A stretch of DNA of 64,000 bases from NCBI GenBank assembly GCA_016716005.1, contig JADJXE010000001.1, positions 1,615,011 through 1,679,010 on the forward strand, given 5' to 3'. Shown here piece after piece: positions 28,444-37,107 of this stretch (its first letter is position 1; each line of letters begins with the position of its first letter). The notes beneath the pieces are model-generated. The model saw only the letters and a program-made list of their open reading frames with translations, was not told where the DNA came from and did not search any database. Origin of the DNA: Acidimicrobiales bacterium (GTDB lineage Bacteria; Actinomycetota; Acidimicrobiia; Acidimicrobiales; JADJXE01). A program made the translations under genes and the position numbers.

Positions 28444-28803
28444 CTGGAGGCATAAGCACTGTTCTCAGCGCCACCGACAGTTCGAACGGCGCGGTCGAGC
28501 ACGCATGCACCTCATCCGCGGGCGGGTCGGAAGCGGGCGTCGAGGGCGCGACGGTCGTCGTCGACGCTGTCAGCCACGGCGACGAACGAGTCGTGCGTGC
28601 GGACCCGGATGAAGCGATCCGTCTTCGACGACGGCCGGCAGCATGGAGGCTCGTCCACCGCCGAGTGCGAGGAGACGGCGCCGCCCGCGGACCACGAACG
28701 ACTCAACACACCGGCAGTCAACGCGGCATGATCGCCCCACAACCCGACTGGCCGCGAGACGGGACTGTCCGGTTGTCTGTGTAACCGGGCGTGGTGGTCA
28801 TGG

Positions 28804-29205
28804 TCATTGGGCGGCCTGGAGGCGGTCGCCGTAGTGGATGGTCAGGGCGTTGAGGATGGGCTTCCAGCTGTTGATCCTCCCGGTCGGGTTGGACCGGCCG
28901 GGCCGTTTCTCGGTGGCCACGAGGTAGAGGACCTTCATGGCGGCTTGCTCATTGGGGAAGTGGGATCGGTGGCGGACGGCGTTGCGGAACCGGGCGTTCA
29001 AGCTCTCGATCGCGTTCGTGGTGTACACGATGGTGCGGAGCTCGACGGGGAACTCGAGGAACGGCACGAACTCGCTCCACGCGGTGTTCCAGGTCCCGAT
29101 CATGGCCGGGTAGCGGTCGCCCCAGGTGGCGGCGAACTCGTCAAAGCGGGCCCGGGCGGCTGTCTCGCTGGGCGCGGTGTAGATCTCCCGCAGCGTCGGG
29201 CTCAC
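28804..29205 (-). pseudogene. IS256-family transposase, C-terminal third only
   Basis: ...LREIYTAPSETAARARFDEFAATWGDRYPAMIGTWNTAWSEFVPFLEFPVELRTIVYTTNAIESLNARFRNAVRHRSHFPNEQAAMKVLYLV. The upstream part of ORF 28804..29613 is antisense to the integrase. Confidence 0.8.
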
Positions 29206-29242
29206 ATGGTCCGACCTCGGCGTCCCCCACTCCCGCCTGTCG

Positions 29243-29692
29243 GTGTCACGCACCCTGCAGAACGTCGGCGGCCGCCCCGTCGAGTTCGCACCCAAGACGC
29301 GCACCAGCCGCCGAAGCGTCGAGATCGACCGCGCCACCCTGGACGAGCTTCGACGGTGGCGACGACAGCTCGGGCACGATGGGTTGCCGTGCGGGCCTGA
29401 CGACTGGATGTTCTGCAACACCACCGGCCGGTTCCTCAACCCCGAATCGATCAGCCCACTGTTCGACCGCATCGTGCAGCGCAGCGGGCTGCCCCGGGTT
29501 CGGTTCCACGACCTGCGCCACACCCACGCGTCGCTGCTCGTCGCCGACGGCACCGCGATCGAAGTCGTGTCCGAGCGCCTCGGTCGCGCCCACCCCGCGT
29601 TCACGATGCACACCTACCAGCACCTGCTGCCGGGCATGAGCGGCGCCGCTGCGGAGCGGTTCGCCACGCTCGTCGCCACCGCCAGCCGGTAG
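29243..29692 (+). pseudogene. tyrosine integrase, C-terminal catalytic fragment
   Basis: ...PKTRTSRRSVEID...RFHDLRHTHASLLVADGTAIEVVSERLGRAHPAFTMHTYQHLLPG (R, H-x-x-R, Y catalytic context). The middle about 180 aa is missing between this and 27500..27682. Confidence 0.85.
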
Positions 29693-29704
29693 ACGTCTAC
29701 CGGC
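29685..29704. repeat. perfect 20-bp palindrome gccggtagac|gtctaccggc spanning the integrase stop codon
   Basis: Checked base by base. The half-site gccggtagacgc recurs at 29749-29760 and at 1009-1020 (stop of the other integrase remnant). Confidence 0.8.
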
Positions 29705-29786
29705 CAGCTTGCCGCGTAACCCCAGGTCAACGACTCGCACGTCGCGGAGCCGGTAGACGCCGCCGGTGACGCGCTCCCGACAACGG

Positions 29787-29816
29787 CGAACGCCCAGGTC
29801 ATGTGACCTGGGCGTT
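29787..29816 (-). terminator. 14-bp-stem hairpin, 7 nt downstream of the tRNA 3' end
   Basis: gaacgcccaggtca tg tgacctgggcgttc; all 14 pairs verified. No U-tract, so the terminator role is inferred from position only. Confidence 0.5.
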
Positions 29817-29823
29817 CATCGAG

Positions 29824-29897
<74 letters not shown>

Positions 29898-29947
29898 TCG
29901 CGAGAGACGAGGGTAGCAGGGGCGGCGCGACGCTCCAACCCGGGACG

Positions 29948-30711
29948 TCAGGCCAGCGGCGCGTCGAGCCAGGAGTGGCTGGGCGTGGCCGCAGCCAGGG
30001 CCGGCGGCTCCACCATCGACGTCGGCGGCGCCACCTCGGCCGTGGCCGCTGCGGTCAGCACGAAGGCCCCGAAGCGCACCCACCAGCCCGGGAACACCGC
30101 ACCCTCCTCGGCTCGCACCTCGAGGGGGCGCCACCCGCCCTCGGGCGCGGCGCCGGGCTCAGCGTCCAGCCGCACCTCCACGCTGTGCGTGCTGCGGCGC
30201 AGGCCCGTGCGCAGCACCTTGAGGGCGCTCTCCTTGGCCGACCAGATGAGGTTGGCCAGCAGGGCGCGCTCGTCGCCATCGGCCGCCCCGTCGACCACCC
30301 GCCGCTCGGCCGGCGTGAGGAAGTCGCCCACGAAGGCGCTGCTGCGCTCCTCCACCAGCTCCAGGTCGACCCCCAGGCCGACGCCCGGCGGCCCCACCAG
30401 GCAGACCGCCCACCCGGCCCGGTCGGTCATCGACAGCGAGGCGGGCGCCGGGCCATCCCCCACGAAGGGGCGGGGGCACCGTCGGGGGCCCGGCGCAGCA
30501 CGATCGACGCCAGGTCGGGCCCGTCGAGGGGCAGCCCCAGCGCCCGGGCCAGCGCCTGCTTGGCCGTCCACCGGGCCAGCGTCCACTCGAGGCGGCGCTT
30601 GGCGAACCGCAGCCCCTCCTGTACGGCCAGCTCCTCGGGGGAGAGCCAGCCCGCAGGGGCCGCGGCCACCTCGTGTTCGCCGGCCGCCAGCCACGCCGGC
30701 CCGCCCGCCAC
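29948..30711 (-). pseudogene. Sfp-type 4'-phosphopantetheinyl transferase, split over two frames
   Basis: The N-terminal half is in the frame of ORF 30427..31425 (WLSPEELAVQEGLRFAKRRLEWTLARWTAKQALARALG). The C-terminal half is in the frame of ORF 29948..31252 (VGLGVDLELVEERS...LIWSAKESALKVL). The switch lies in G/C runs at about 30455-30482. Confidence 0.75.
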
Positions 30712-30731
30712 CGCGGCGGGCTCGTCGCCGC

Positions 30732-31337
30732 TCAGGGCGTGCGGCCGAGGAAGGCGGCCAGCCGGTCGGGGGCGGGGGCGTCGGCGGCGATGGCCACCTC
30801 GGGGCCGAAGAGGCCGGGCACGCGGGCCGACTCGTCCATCGAGGCCTGCGCTCCGGCCAGGGCCGCCTCGGCCAGCTCGGCGTCGACGGTGCGCTCCAGC
30901 AGCAGGGCGTGCGCCAGGTCCCACCCGTGGGTGACCACCTCGAGGAGCATGAACCCCAGGATCTGGGAGCCGGGCGACTCGCCCCACGGCGCCGCGAACA
31001 TCCGGCCGGCCATGGCCGGGTCGGCCCAAGCCGCCCGGATGCGGGCCGCCGCCGCCCGGTACTCGTCGACGGCGCTCTCGCGGTCGAGGTCGGGATCGAG
31101 GTCGAAGCGCATCTCGCCGCCCTCGCCCAGCTCGGCGAACGACCGCAGGCCGCCCACGAAGTGGCCGAGGAGAGCCCGCACGTCGAACTCGGCGCACGGC
31201 GTCGGCCGGCCGAAGTCGCCGGGCGAGACCGCCGCGACGATGCCGTCGACATCGGCGAGGGCCCGATCCACCAACTGGTACAGCGTGGGCTCGGCCACGG
31301 CGACCTCCTCGATCTGCGTCACCCCAGTCAACCCCAT
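30732..31337 (-). CDS. DinB/MDMPI-like metal-binding protein (TIGR03086-like)
   Basis: Internal ATG at 31337. ...DFGRPTPCAEFDVRALLGHFVGG...EVVTHGWDLA. Confidence 0.8.
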   Translation of the reverse strand: MGLTGVTQIEEVAVAEPTLYQLVDRALADVDGIVAAVSPGDFGRPTPCAEFDVRALLGHFVGGLRSFAELGEGGEMRFDLDPDLDRESAVDEYRAAAARIRAAWADPAMAGRMFAAPWGESPGSQILGFMLLEVVTHGWDLAHALLLERTVDAELAEAALAGAQASMDESARVPGLFGPEVAIAADAPAPDRLAAFLGRTP

Positions 31338-31639
31338 CCCGCAGCCGGGACGCACCGCGCGCCAACCACCCGACACCCGGCGCCCCGCACCCGGCACTGG
31401 GCGCCGGGACCGGCCGGGGGCCCACCGCCGCCTCCGCCCGACACGACCACCCCGGTCTTCATCGCGCCAAACGACACCCACAAGGGCCGAGCGCGCGCCA
31501 AGAGCCGGCACCCACGTCTCGAACGCGAAGGACGACGCTCACGGGTGCCCGGCGCGATGGAGACCGGCGGACGGCCGGCGGAGACCGGCGGACGGCCGGC
31601 GCGATGGAGACCGGTGCAGGCGACGCGGGCCCGCGGGGG

Positions 31640-34600
31640 TCAGCGGACGGCGAGGGGGCCGGCGCGAGCCAGGGCCTGCTCGCCCCCGGTGGTCGTGGTG
31701 TCCTCGGGAGCCGTCGTCGACGTGCTCTCGTCGGGCGGGCCGATCGTGGACGTGTCGGGCGGCGTGGTCTCGCTGGTCGAGGTGTCGGGCGGCAGGGTGG
31801 TGGGCACCTCCACGCCGGCCAGGGTGGCGGCCTGCACCACCAGGGCCCGGGCCTGCTCCACCTTCGCCTGGTAGGTGGCCAGGTCGCCGGCCCGCAGGGC
31901 GGCGTCGGCTTCGGCGAAGGCGGTCGCCGCCTGCGCCAGCAGCTCGCTCACGGTGGCACCCTCGGGCGGGGGCGTGACCTCGCCGCCCGTGCCGCCACCC
32001 GTGTCCCCGGTGTCGCCACCGGCACCGGGCTCGACCGGCGTGCCGAAGATCTCCTCGAGGGTGGCGGCCAGCTGGTCGGCCGGGATGTCGACGCTGAAGA
32101 TGGCCAGCAGCGCCTCGGGCAGCGTGTCGCGCATGAACGCACGCCCCGCGTAGCTCACGATCACCTTCTTGAGCTCGGGCACGGCGGTGGCCCCGGAGGC
32201 CTGCACGTACAGGGGCCGGACGTAGATCAGCGAGTCCTCCACCGGGATCAGGAGCAGGTTGCCCTGCAGCACCGTGGAGCCCCGCTGGTCGAGCAGCGTG
32301 ATCTCGCGGGAGATCTCCTCCTGGGAGTTGATGGTGGCGTCGACGATCGCGGGCCCGTCGGGTAGCCGGTTGCGGGGCATCACGTACGACTGGAGCTTCC
32401 CGTAGTTCTCCGGGTCGCTCCGCGCCACCATGAACGCCACGAGCTCCTTGCGGCTGTCGTTCTCGGAGAACGGCACGAAGGGCCGCAGCAGCACGAACTC
32501 CTGGCCCTCGGAGTCGGGCAGCTGCATGAGCAGGTAGTACGGGTCGATGCGGCGCTCGCGGGCCGGTCCCAGCTCGCCCTGGGCGTTGGTCGTCGCCGTC
32601 TCCTGGGTGGGCGCCCCCACGATCGTGCCCGGGCTCTGGGCCACGCTCCACGAGTCGGTCTGCGCGTAGAACTCGGCTGCGTCCTCGAGGTGGTAGCGCC
32701 CCCACATGGTGGTCTGGGTGCGGAACAGGTCCTCGGGGAAGCGCAGGTGGTCCTCGAGGCCCTCGGGGAGCTCGTCACGGCTCTTGAACAGCTCGGGGAA
32801 CGCCTGCCGGTACGCCTCGGCGATGGGGTCCTGCTCGTCGAAGATGTAGAAGGTGACCGTGCCGTCGTAGGCGTCGACCACCGCCTTCACCGAGTTGCGC
32901 ACGTAGTTGAAGCGGGTGTCGAGGCCGCTCCCCGGCGGCAGCTGACCGGTCACGGCCCGCTGGGCGTAGGGATACTGGTCGGTGACGGTGTAGGCGTCGA
33001 GCACCCACACCAGCTCGCCGTCGAGCACGACCGGGTAGGGGTCGGCGTCGTAGCGCAGGAACGGCGCCACCGTCTGCACCCGCTCCCTCACGTCACGGAT
33101 GAACAGGATGCGCGAGTCGCCGGTGATGAAGTCGGAGATCAGCGGGTTGATGTCGCCGAAGCGGAGGGCGAAGGCGGCCCGGCGGAAGAACGACCCGATG
33201 CCCACGCCGCCCTCGCCGGAGTAGCGGGTCACCTCGGTGGTGCCGTCGGCGCGGACGTAGTTCACCTCGTCGCGGTTGGTGTCGACGATGGCGTAGCTGC
33301 CCAGGTTCTCGCCGAAGTAGATCTCGGGCCGGGTGAGCTGGGGCAGGCCGACGGGCGGCAGGTCGCGGATGTTGAAGTCGGGCCGACCCGACGCCGACAC
33401 CCTGTTCGACGGGGCCATGGCCACCGCGTAGCCGTGGGTGTAGGCGAGGTGGCGGCCCTCCCACGACTGCTGGGGCACCTCGGCGGTGTCGAGCTCGCGG
33501 GCCGACAGCAGCACCTGGGTGGTCTCGTCGCTGAGCTGGTAGCGGTCGACGTCGAGGTCGTTGAACCGGTAGAAGGCGCGGATCCCCTGGAGGCGCTGGA
33601 AGGTGGGCTCCACGATGGCCGGGTCGAGCAGGCGGACGTTGCGGAGCGTCTGGGCGTTGTCCCGCAGGTCCTGGACCGTGAGGTCGTCCTGGTAAGCGAA
33701 GTCGTCGACCTCGACCTCGTCGAGGTTCAGCGCCGCCCGGGTGGCCTCGATGTTGCGGGCGATGTACGGCTTCTCCTTCGTGGACTCGTCGGGCTCCACC
33801 TGGAAGCGCTGGATGAACGCCGGGTAGATCGCGCCGGCCACCACCGCCACGAACGCCCACAGGCCCACCGCGATCACCGGCAGCACCCAGCCCCGGCGGC
33901 GGATGTTGACCAGCAGCAGGACGAAGGCGAACAGCGAGATGAGGATGAGCAGGTTGATGGCCGGGAGCTGCGCCTTCACGTCGGTGTAGGTGGCGCCGTC
34001 GACCGTGCCACGCGTGGAGTACGTGAGCTTGTACCGGTCGAGCCAGTAGCCGGCGGCGCGGAGCAGGGCCAGCACGCCCAGCAGCACCGACAGGTGGGCC
34101 TTCACCTGCGGGGTCACGCGCTCGATCGGGGTCTGGAACCGGATGCCGCCGTTGAGGTAGTGGGCCACCGCGGTGACGATGATGATGATGACGAACGCCG
34201 CGAACAGCCAGCTCACCACGAACGACAGGAACGGCAGGCGGAACACGTAGAAGCCGACGTCGGTGTTGAACAGCGGGTCCTTCACCCCGAAGCTCTGGTA
34301 GTTCGTGAACAGGATCCAGTCGTTCCACTGGCCCGACACGCCCAGCCCGGCGATCAGGGCGAACACCAGCGCCACCGCCGCCCGCACCGCTCCCGTGCGC
34401 CGGCCGACCAGCTCCCGGTAGCGCTCGACGAAGTCCTCCTCCGGGCCCGGGGGGCGGAACTTCGGGGCGATCCTGTCGGCGATGAGCAGGTTCACCCAGA
34501 GCAGCACGAAGAACAGCCCGGTGAAGATCACGGTCAGGGCGATCTTGGCGCCCAGCACCCCGCCCCACACGCCCGCGAACCCGAGGGAGTCGAACCACAG

Positions 34601-34756
34601 GTAGTCGGTGTAGAAGCCGGCCAGCCCGCGGAGCGACGTGACCAGGACGAACAGGGCCACGGCGAGCACGATGAGCAGCACCCGGCCCCGGGAGAGCCCG
34701 CTGCGACGCCGCGGTGCGCGACCCGGCATGTCGGTAGGGCTCCGCATGGGCCGCAC
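31640..34756 (-). CDS. UPF0182-family large membrane protein
   Basis: 1038 aa. N-terminus ...LAGFYTDYLWFDSLGF and several TM helices. As far as I recall this is the same family as M. tuberculosis Rv3193c, which also neighbours a PDZ/Lon-like gene. Confidence 0.9.
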   Translation of the reverse strand: MRPMRSPTDMPGRAPRRRSGLSRGRVLLIVLAVALFVLVTSLRGLAGFYTDYLWFDSLGFAGVWGGVLGAKIALTVIFTGLFFVLLWVNLLIADRIAPKFRPPGPEEDFVERYRELVGRRTGAVRAAVALVFALIAGLGVSGQWNDWILFTNYQSFGVKDPLFNTDVGFYVFRLPFLSFVVSWLFAAFVIIIIVTAVAHYLNGGIRFQTPIERVTPQVKAHLSVLLGVLALLRAAGYWLDRYKLTYSTRGTVDGATYTDVKAQLPAINLLILISLFAFVLLLVNIRRRGWVLPVIAVGLWAFVAVVAGAIYPAFIQRFQVEPDESTKEKPYIARNIEATRAALNLDEVEVDDFAYQDDLTVQDLRDNAQTLRNVRLLDPAIVEPTFQRLQGIRAFYRFNDLDVDRYQLSDETTQVLLSARELDTAEVPQQSWEGRHLAYTHGYAVAMAPSNRVSASGRPDFNIRDLPPVGLPQLTRPEIYFGENLGSYAIVDTNRDEVNYVRADGTTEVTRYSGEGGVGIGSFFRRAAFALRFGDINPLISDFITGDSRILFIRDVRERVQTVAPFLRYDADPYPVVLDGELVWVLDAYTVTDQYPYAQRAVTGQLPPGSGLDTRFNYVRNSVKAVVDAYDGTVTFYIFDEQDPIAEAYRQAFPELFKSRDELPEGLEDHLRFPEDLFRTQTTMWGRYHLEDAAEFYAQTDSWSVAQSPGTIVGAPTQETATTNAQGELGPARERRIDPYYLLMQLPDSEGQEFVLLRPFVPFSENDSRKELVAFMVARSDPENYGKLQSYVMPRNRLPDGPAIVDATINSQEEISREITLLDQRGSTVLQGNLLLIPVEDSLIYVRPLYVQASGATAVPELKKVIVSYAGRAFMRDTLPEALLAIFSVDIPADQLAATLEEIFGTPVEPGAGGDTGDTGGGTGGEVTPPPEGATVSELLAQAATAFAEADAALRAGDLATYQAKVEQARALVVQAATLAGVEVPTTLPPDTSTSETTPPDTSTIGPPDESTSTTAPEDTTTTGGEQALARAGPLAVR

Positions 34757-34830
34757 ACTACCGACGATCGGCCGCCAGGAGGCATCGGAGGCGGGGGCGG
34801 TGGCCCCACCTCGGAGGAGGCGGGGGCGGC

Positions 34831-36084
34831 TCAGCCGGGATCGGCGACGACCAGGCAGCGACAGCCCGGGTGGGCGGGCGCGTGCCGGTGCCCGGTGGGG
34901 AACACCTCACCCTTCGGGAGAGCCCCGGCCAGGGCGTTGTCGTCGGCGTCCGGGCAGGGTTGGCCGCCGGGGTCGACGACCCAGCGGACCCTGGTGCCCC
35001 TGGGCAGGGCCTCGAAGGCCCCGGTGCCGAACGCGCCGAGCACGGCGTTGGCCGCCACCTCGTCGACGCGGCGCGTCTTCCACTCGCGGTAGCAGGAGCG
35101 GATCCGGTCGGCGAGCACGTCCTCGGGGTCGTCGGGCCCCTCGTCGATGGCGGCCTCCACCCGCTCGCGCAGCGGCAGGCCGAGCTCGGCGAGCAGCCCC
35201 TCGAGCGAGTCGGCGACCGCGGCGTCGGTGTGGACGCGGCCGCCGGGCGCCGGCACCGAGCCCACACCGGCCGCGACCGAGTCGCGCAGCACGGCCAGGG
35301 CCGAGGCGCGGAGCCGCTCGGCGCGCTGCGCCCCGGCCAGCAGGGCCAGCGCTCCGGACGGGCCGTCGCGGCGCAGCCGCTCGAGCACCTCGTTCTGCTC
35401 GTCGTCGAGCGCCCGCTTCAGCTTGCGGGACAGGGCCCGCTCGAGGGGCGCCACCGCAGCGTCGCGCTCGGCCACGAGCGTGGCCGCCGGCGACGGTGCC
35501 ACCTCGCCGGAGGCCTCCGGCTCGACGGCCGGCGGCTCGGGCGCACTGCCGCGCTCGTCGACCACGACCGCCGGCTCGGGCGCACTGCCGCGCTCGTCGA
35601 CCACGACCGCCGGCTCGGGCGCACTGCCGCGCTCGTCGACCACGACCGCCGGCTCGGGCCCCTCGCCGGGGGTGGCCTCCGCGACGAGGTCGCCCGGCGC
35701 GCCGGCCCCCTCGTCGCCGGCGTCGGCGAGCACCCGCTCGGCGCGGGCCACGGCGTCGGCCCGGTCGGCCCGGATGCGGGCGAACAGCACGTCGACCGAC
35801 GAGCCAGCGGTCGCCTCGACCTGCCCCGGCGGGACCTCCTGGCCCGGCTCCGCCGCCTCGTCCTCGCCCGGCAGGGCCTCCTCCGCCCGCTCCGAGGGGA
35901 CCGCCTCGGCCGGCTCCGCCTCGTCGTCCTGGCCCTGCTCGGCCGCCTCCTCGCCGCCCGGCCTCGCCGCCTCGACCGGGGCCGGCTCGCCCTCGGGGGC
36001 GCCCTGGAGCCGGCCCAGCATCAGAACGCCCTCGAGCTCGTCGGTGTCGGGCGGTGCGGGCACGGCCTCCTGGCGGTTCCGCAC
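34831..36084 (-). CDS. acidic repeat protein with C-terminal Phage_Mu_F-like (head-morphogenesis) domain
   Basis: The C-terminus ...YREWKTRRVDEVAANAV...VRWVVDPGGQPCPDADDNALAGALPKGEVFPTGHRHAPAHPGCRCLVV resembles the Mu F/SPP1 gp7 'P-x-H-P-x-C-R-C' ending. Start is either GTG 36084 or ATG 36021 (TGATG overlap with the DivIVA stop). Confidence 0.65.
   Translation of the reverse strand: MRNRQEAVPAPPDTDELEGVLMLGRLQGAPEGEPAPVEAARPGGEEAAEQGQDDEAEPAEAVPSERAEEALPGEDEAAEPGQEVPPGQVEATAGSSVDVLFARIRADRADAVARAERVLADAGDEGAGAPGDLVAEATPGEGPEPAVVVDERGSAPEPAVVVDERGSAPEPAVVVDERGSAPEPPAVEPEASGEVAPSPAATLVAERDAAVAPLERALSRKLKRALDDEQNEVLERLRRDGPSGALALLAGAQRAERLRASALAVLRDSVAAGVGSVPAPGGRVHTDAAVADSLEGLLAELGLPLRERVEAAIDEGPDDPEDVLADRIRSCYREWKTRRVDEVAANAVLGAFGTGAFEALPRGTRVRWVVDPGGQPCPDADDNALAGALPKGEVFPTGHRHAPAHPGCRCLVVADPG
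35533..35658. repeat. perfect 39-bp tandem repeat x3.2 (in frame, EPAVVVDERGSAP)
   Basis: The unit cggctcgggcgcactgccgcgctcgtcgaccacgaccgc was read three times without mismatch, followed by a 9-nt partial copy. Confidence 0.9.
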
Positions 36085-37019
36085 CCGGCGCCGGCTGCGC
36101 TCGCGGCGCGGCGCCGCCCCCCCCCCGAGGGCGCCTCGGCCGGGCCCCCCGGCGCGACGGGCTCGCGGCCGGCCGGCGCGGCCTGGTCGTGCGCCTCGGC
36201 CGGGGGCGACGACGCCGGCGCCTCGGCCTGCGCCGCCGGCGCGGCGGCAACCGGCAGCTCGGCCAGGTAGTCGGCCAGCTCGGCCTCCACCGCCTCCAGC
36301 TCGCCCGAGGGCTCCTCCTCGGCCAGCCGCCGGGCCGCAGCCTCGGCCGCCGCCCGGGCCTCGGGCAGCGCCAGGGTGAGCTCGCCCACCGCCTGCTCGA
36401 GCGTCTGGCGGACCACGTCGTAGGCGTCGAGCAGCCGCTGGCGGGCGGCACGGAACTGCTCCACCTGGGCCCGCACCAGCCGGCGCCGCCGGGCCAGGTC
36501 TTCGAGCACCCGCTCGCGCAGGGCCTGGGCCTCGCCCAACATGTCGCGACCCCGCGCCCGGGCGGCCTCGACCTCGGCCGCAGCCTGGCCGCTGGCCTGC
36601 TCGCGCAGGGCTTCGGCCTGGGCCCTGGCCTCGGCGACCAGCTGGTCGGCGTGCTGGCGCCGCTGGGCGGCCTCGGCCTGGGCCTCGCGCAGCATCCGCT
36701 CCACGTTGGCCTCGGCGCGGGCCCGGATCTGCTCGCCGGCCTCGCGGGCCGCGCTCAGCACCCGGACGGCCTCCTCACCCAGACGCTGGGTCAGGAGCTC
36801 GTCGTCGAGCTCGGCCACCCGGGCGGCGCGCCGCTCGGCCTCCGCGAGCTGCTGGCTCAGCCGGTCGTCACGCTCGCGGACGCTGCGCAGCTCGCTGGCC
36901 AGCAACCCGAGGTAGGCGCGCACCTCCAGCTGGTCGAAGCCGCGGAACGACGTGCTGAACGTCTTGCGCGCCACCACGTCGGGGTGCAGCGGGGCATCGG
37001 GCGGCCGCTCGGCGGGCAT
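36021..37019 (-). CDS. DivIVA-domain coiled-coil protein
   Basis: Internal ATG at 37019. ...VARKTFSTSFRGFDQLEVRAYLGLLASEL followed by a long Ala/Glu/Arg coiled coil. The last about 31 codons, after a C10 run (36117-36126), look compositionally odd. Confidence 0.8.
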   Translation of the reverse strand: MPAERPPDAPLHPDVVARKTFSTSFRGFDQLEVRAYLGLLASELRSVRERDDRLSQQLAEAERRAARVAELDDELLTQRLGEEAVRVLSAAREAGEQIRARAEANVERMLREAQAEAAQRRQHADQLVAEARAQAEALREQASGQAAAEVEAARARGRDMLGEAQALRERVLEDLARRRRLVRAQVEQFRAARQRLLDAYDVVRQTLEQAVGELTLALPEARAAAEAAARRLAEEEPSGELEAVEAELADYLAELPVAAAPAAQAEAPASSPPAEAHDQAAPAGREPVAPGGPAEAPSGGGRRRAASAAGAGCGTARRPCPHRPTPTSSRAF

Positions 37020-37107
37020 TGCGCCCAACTGTACGGCGGGCCCCGCCGCCAGCGGTGGTTGCTCGCGCCGGGCCCGCCGACCCCGCCGCCGCTCGCTCCC
37101 GGCCGGA

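Noticed and set aside
29246-29740. A 164-aa minus-strand ORF, and the upstream two-thirds of ORF 28804..29613
   Set aside because: Both are antisense to the clearly recognisable integrase catalytic fragment. Only the last ~130 codons of 28804..29613 show IS256 transposase similarity.
35533-35658. Tandem repeats here and at 49015-49115 considered as CRISPR arrays
   Set aside because: The units are directly adjacent with no spacers, they are in frame within coding sequence, and no cas genes are present.
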